Source of the DNA: Candidatus Eiseniibacteriota bacterium
GTDB lineage: Bacteria; Eisenbacteria; RBG-16-71-46
Reading direction: 5' to 3'
Length of the DNA stretch: 17,619 nucleotides
NCBI GenBank assembly: GCA_044222065.1
Contig: JBGAOA010000079.1
Span: 1 to 17,619 of the forward strand
Positions 16,795 through 17,619 of this stretch are shown one piece after another. The position numbers and the translations under genes are program-made. The notes under the pieces were generated by a model. The model was not told where the DNA came from, searched no databases, and saw only the letters and a list, made by a program, of their open reading frames with translations. Numbering within the stretch: the stretch's first letter is position 1; every line of letters begins with the position of its first letter.

Positions 16795-17583
16795 ATGGAA
16801 CCTCGACCCCGATCCCTCGCCGCCCTGTGGGCGTTGCTCGCCGCCGCGCTGTCGTGCGCGGCCGTCGCCGGGCGTCTCGCCGCGGCCGACCCGGGGCCCG
16901 CGCACGCCGACTCCGTCGAACGCTCGCTCGATCGCGCCGCCTTTCCCGTGGCCCTCGGCGACTTCTCCACGACCCTCGTCGGGAGCCTGCCCGCGCGCAC
17001 GGCAAACATCGCGCGGGCCGCCGCCGCGCTCGACGGCATCGTGCTGCGTCCGGGAGAGCAGCTGAGCTTCGATGCGATCGTGGGTCCACGCACCGAGGCG
17101 CGCGGATACGCCTCGGCGCCCGTGATCCTGCGCGATGCGCGCCAGTTCCAGACCGGGGGCGGCGTGTGCCAGGTCGCATCCACCTTGTTCGTCGCCGGGC
17201 TGCTCGCGGGGCTCACGCCGGTCGAGCGCTTCCGTCACTCGACGCCCGTGGACTACATCCCGCTCGGCTGGGACGCGACGATCGCGTGGGGCGCGAAGGA
17301 CCTGAAGCTGCGCAACGACCTCGAGCAGCCGGTGCGGCTCCGGATCGAGGTGCTCGGCTCGACGCTCGCCGCGCGCTTCGACGGCGAGTCGCCGCTCGGC
17401 GAGTCGTTCGAGCTGGACGCCGTCGAGCGCGAGCTTCCGGGCGTCTACGCGGGCGGCTCGAGCGCGCCGGGGCACGAGGTCGAGCTCTATCGTGTGCGCC
17501 ATCGCGACGACGGCACGACCGAGCGCGAGTGGCTGCATCGCGACGTGATTCCGCCGGTGCAGGCGTCGCGGGGGCCGCGATGA
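16795..17583 (+). CDS. VanW-family protein, secreted or membrane-anchored, 262 aa
   Basis: RTANIARAAAALDG..LRPGEQLSF...VGPRT..RGY..APVI, GGGVCQVASTLF, ERFRHS and YIPLGWDATIAWG..DLKLRN. Hydrophobic N-terminus. Confidence 0.9.
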   Translation: MEPRPRSLAALWALLAAALSCAAVAGRLAAADPGPAHADSVERSLDRAAFPVALGDFSTTLVGSLPARTANIARAAAALDGIVLRPGEQLSFDAIVGPRTEARGYASAPVILRDARQFQTGGGVCQVASTLFVAGLLAGLTPVERFRHSTPVDYIPLGWDATIAWGAKDLKLRNDLEQPVRLRIEVLGSTLAARFDGESPLGESFELDAVERELPGVYAGGSSAPGHEVELYRVRHRDDGTTEREWLHRDVIPPVQASRGPR

Positions 17584-17619
17584 AGTCCGCGCCGGCCGCG
17601 CGGTCGTCGAGACCACCGG
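17580..17619 (+). CDS. Probable start of the next gene, truncated
   Basis: ATGA overlap with the VanW-like stop; reads MKSAPAARSSRPP... Confidence 0.4.
   Translation, partial: MKSAPAARSSRPP

Noticed and set aside
16795..17583. Vancomycin-resistance locus
   Set aside because: VanW-like proteins are widespread outside resistance clusters, and no vanHAX or vanRS genes are in the window.
17..17616. Many long overlapping or antisense ORFs (17..1369, 2009..3652, 7829..10255, 8992..10818, 14555..17179, and the 5' parts of 13969..17583 and 13852..17616)
   Set aside because: These are Arg/Ala/Pro-rich shadow frames expected at this GC content. They show no motifs and overlap well-supported genes.

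Overview
Very GC-rich bacterial DNA. Two proteins with T9SS/FlgD-like C-terminal domains suggest an FCB-related lineage such as Ca. Eisenbacteria, but this is inference only. The core is a compact, translationally coupled cytoplasmic group 3b-type [NiFe]-hydrogenase operon (hydB - HTH-less cNMP-domain gene - hydG - hydD - hydA - maturation protease, 2186..7201), preceded by a good sigma54-type promoter and a candidate enhancer palindrome. The operon is bracketed by two paralogous, equal-length (119 aa) stand-alone CZB zinc-binding genes on the minus strand. Both carry the same sigma28/FliA-type promoter motif (CTCAAGT-N12-GCCGATACTCG). The window also holds a rhomboid protease, a 14-repeat beta-propeller protein and an FG-GAP protein (both with sorting-type CTDs), a DUF222-like HNH endonuclease split by a -1 frameshift near a perfect 20-bp palindrome and followed by a degenerate ~54-bp tandem repeat, a secreted alpha/beta hydrolase, and a VanW-like gene. 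All calls come from manual motif reading; no searches were run.
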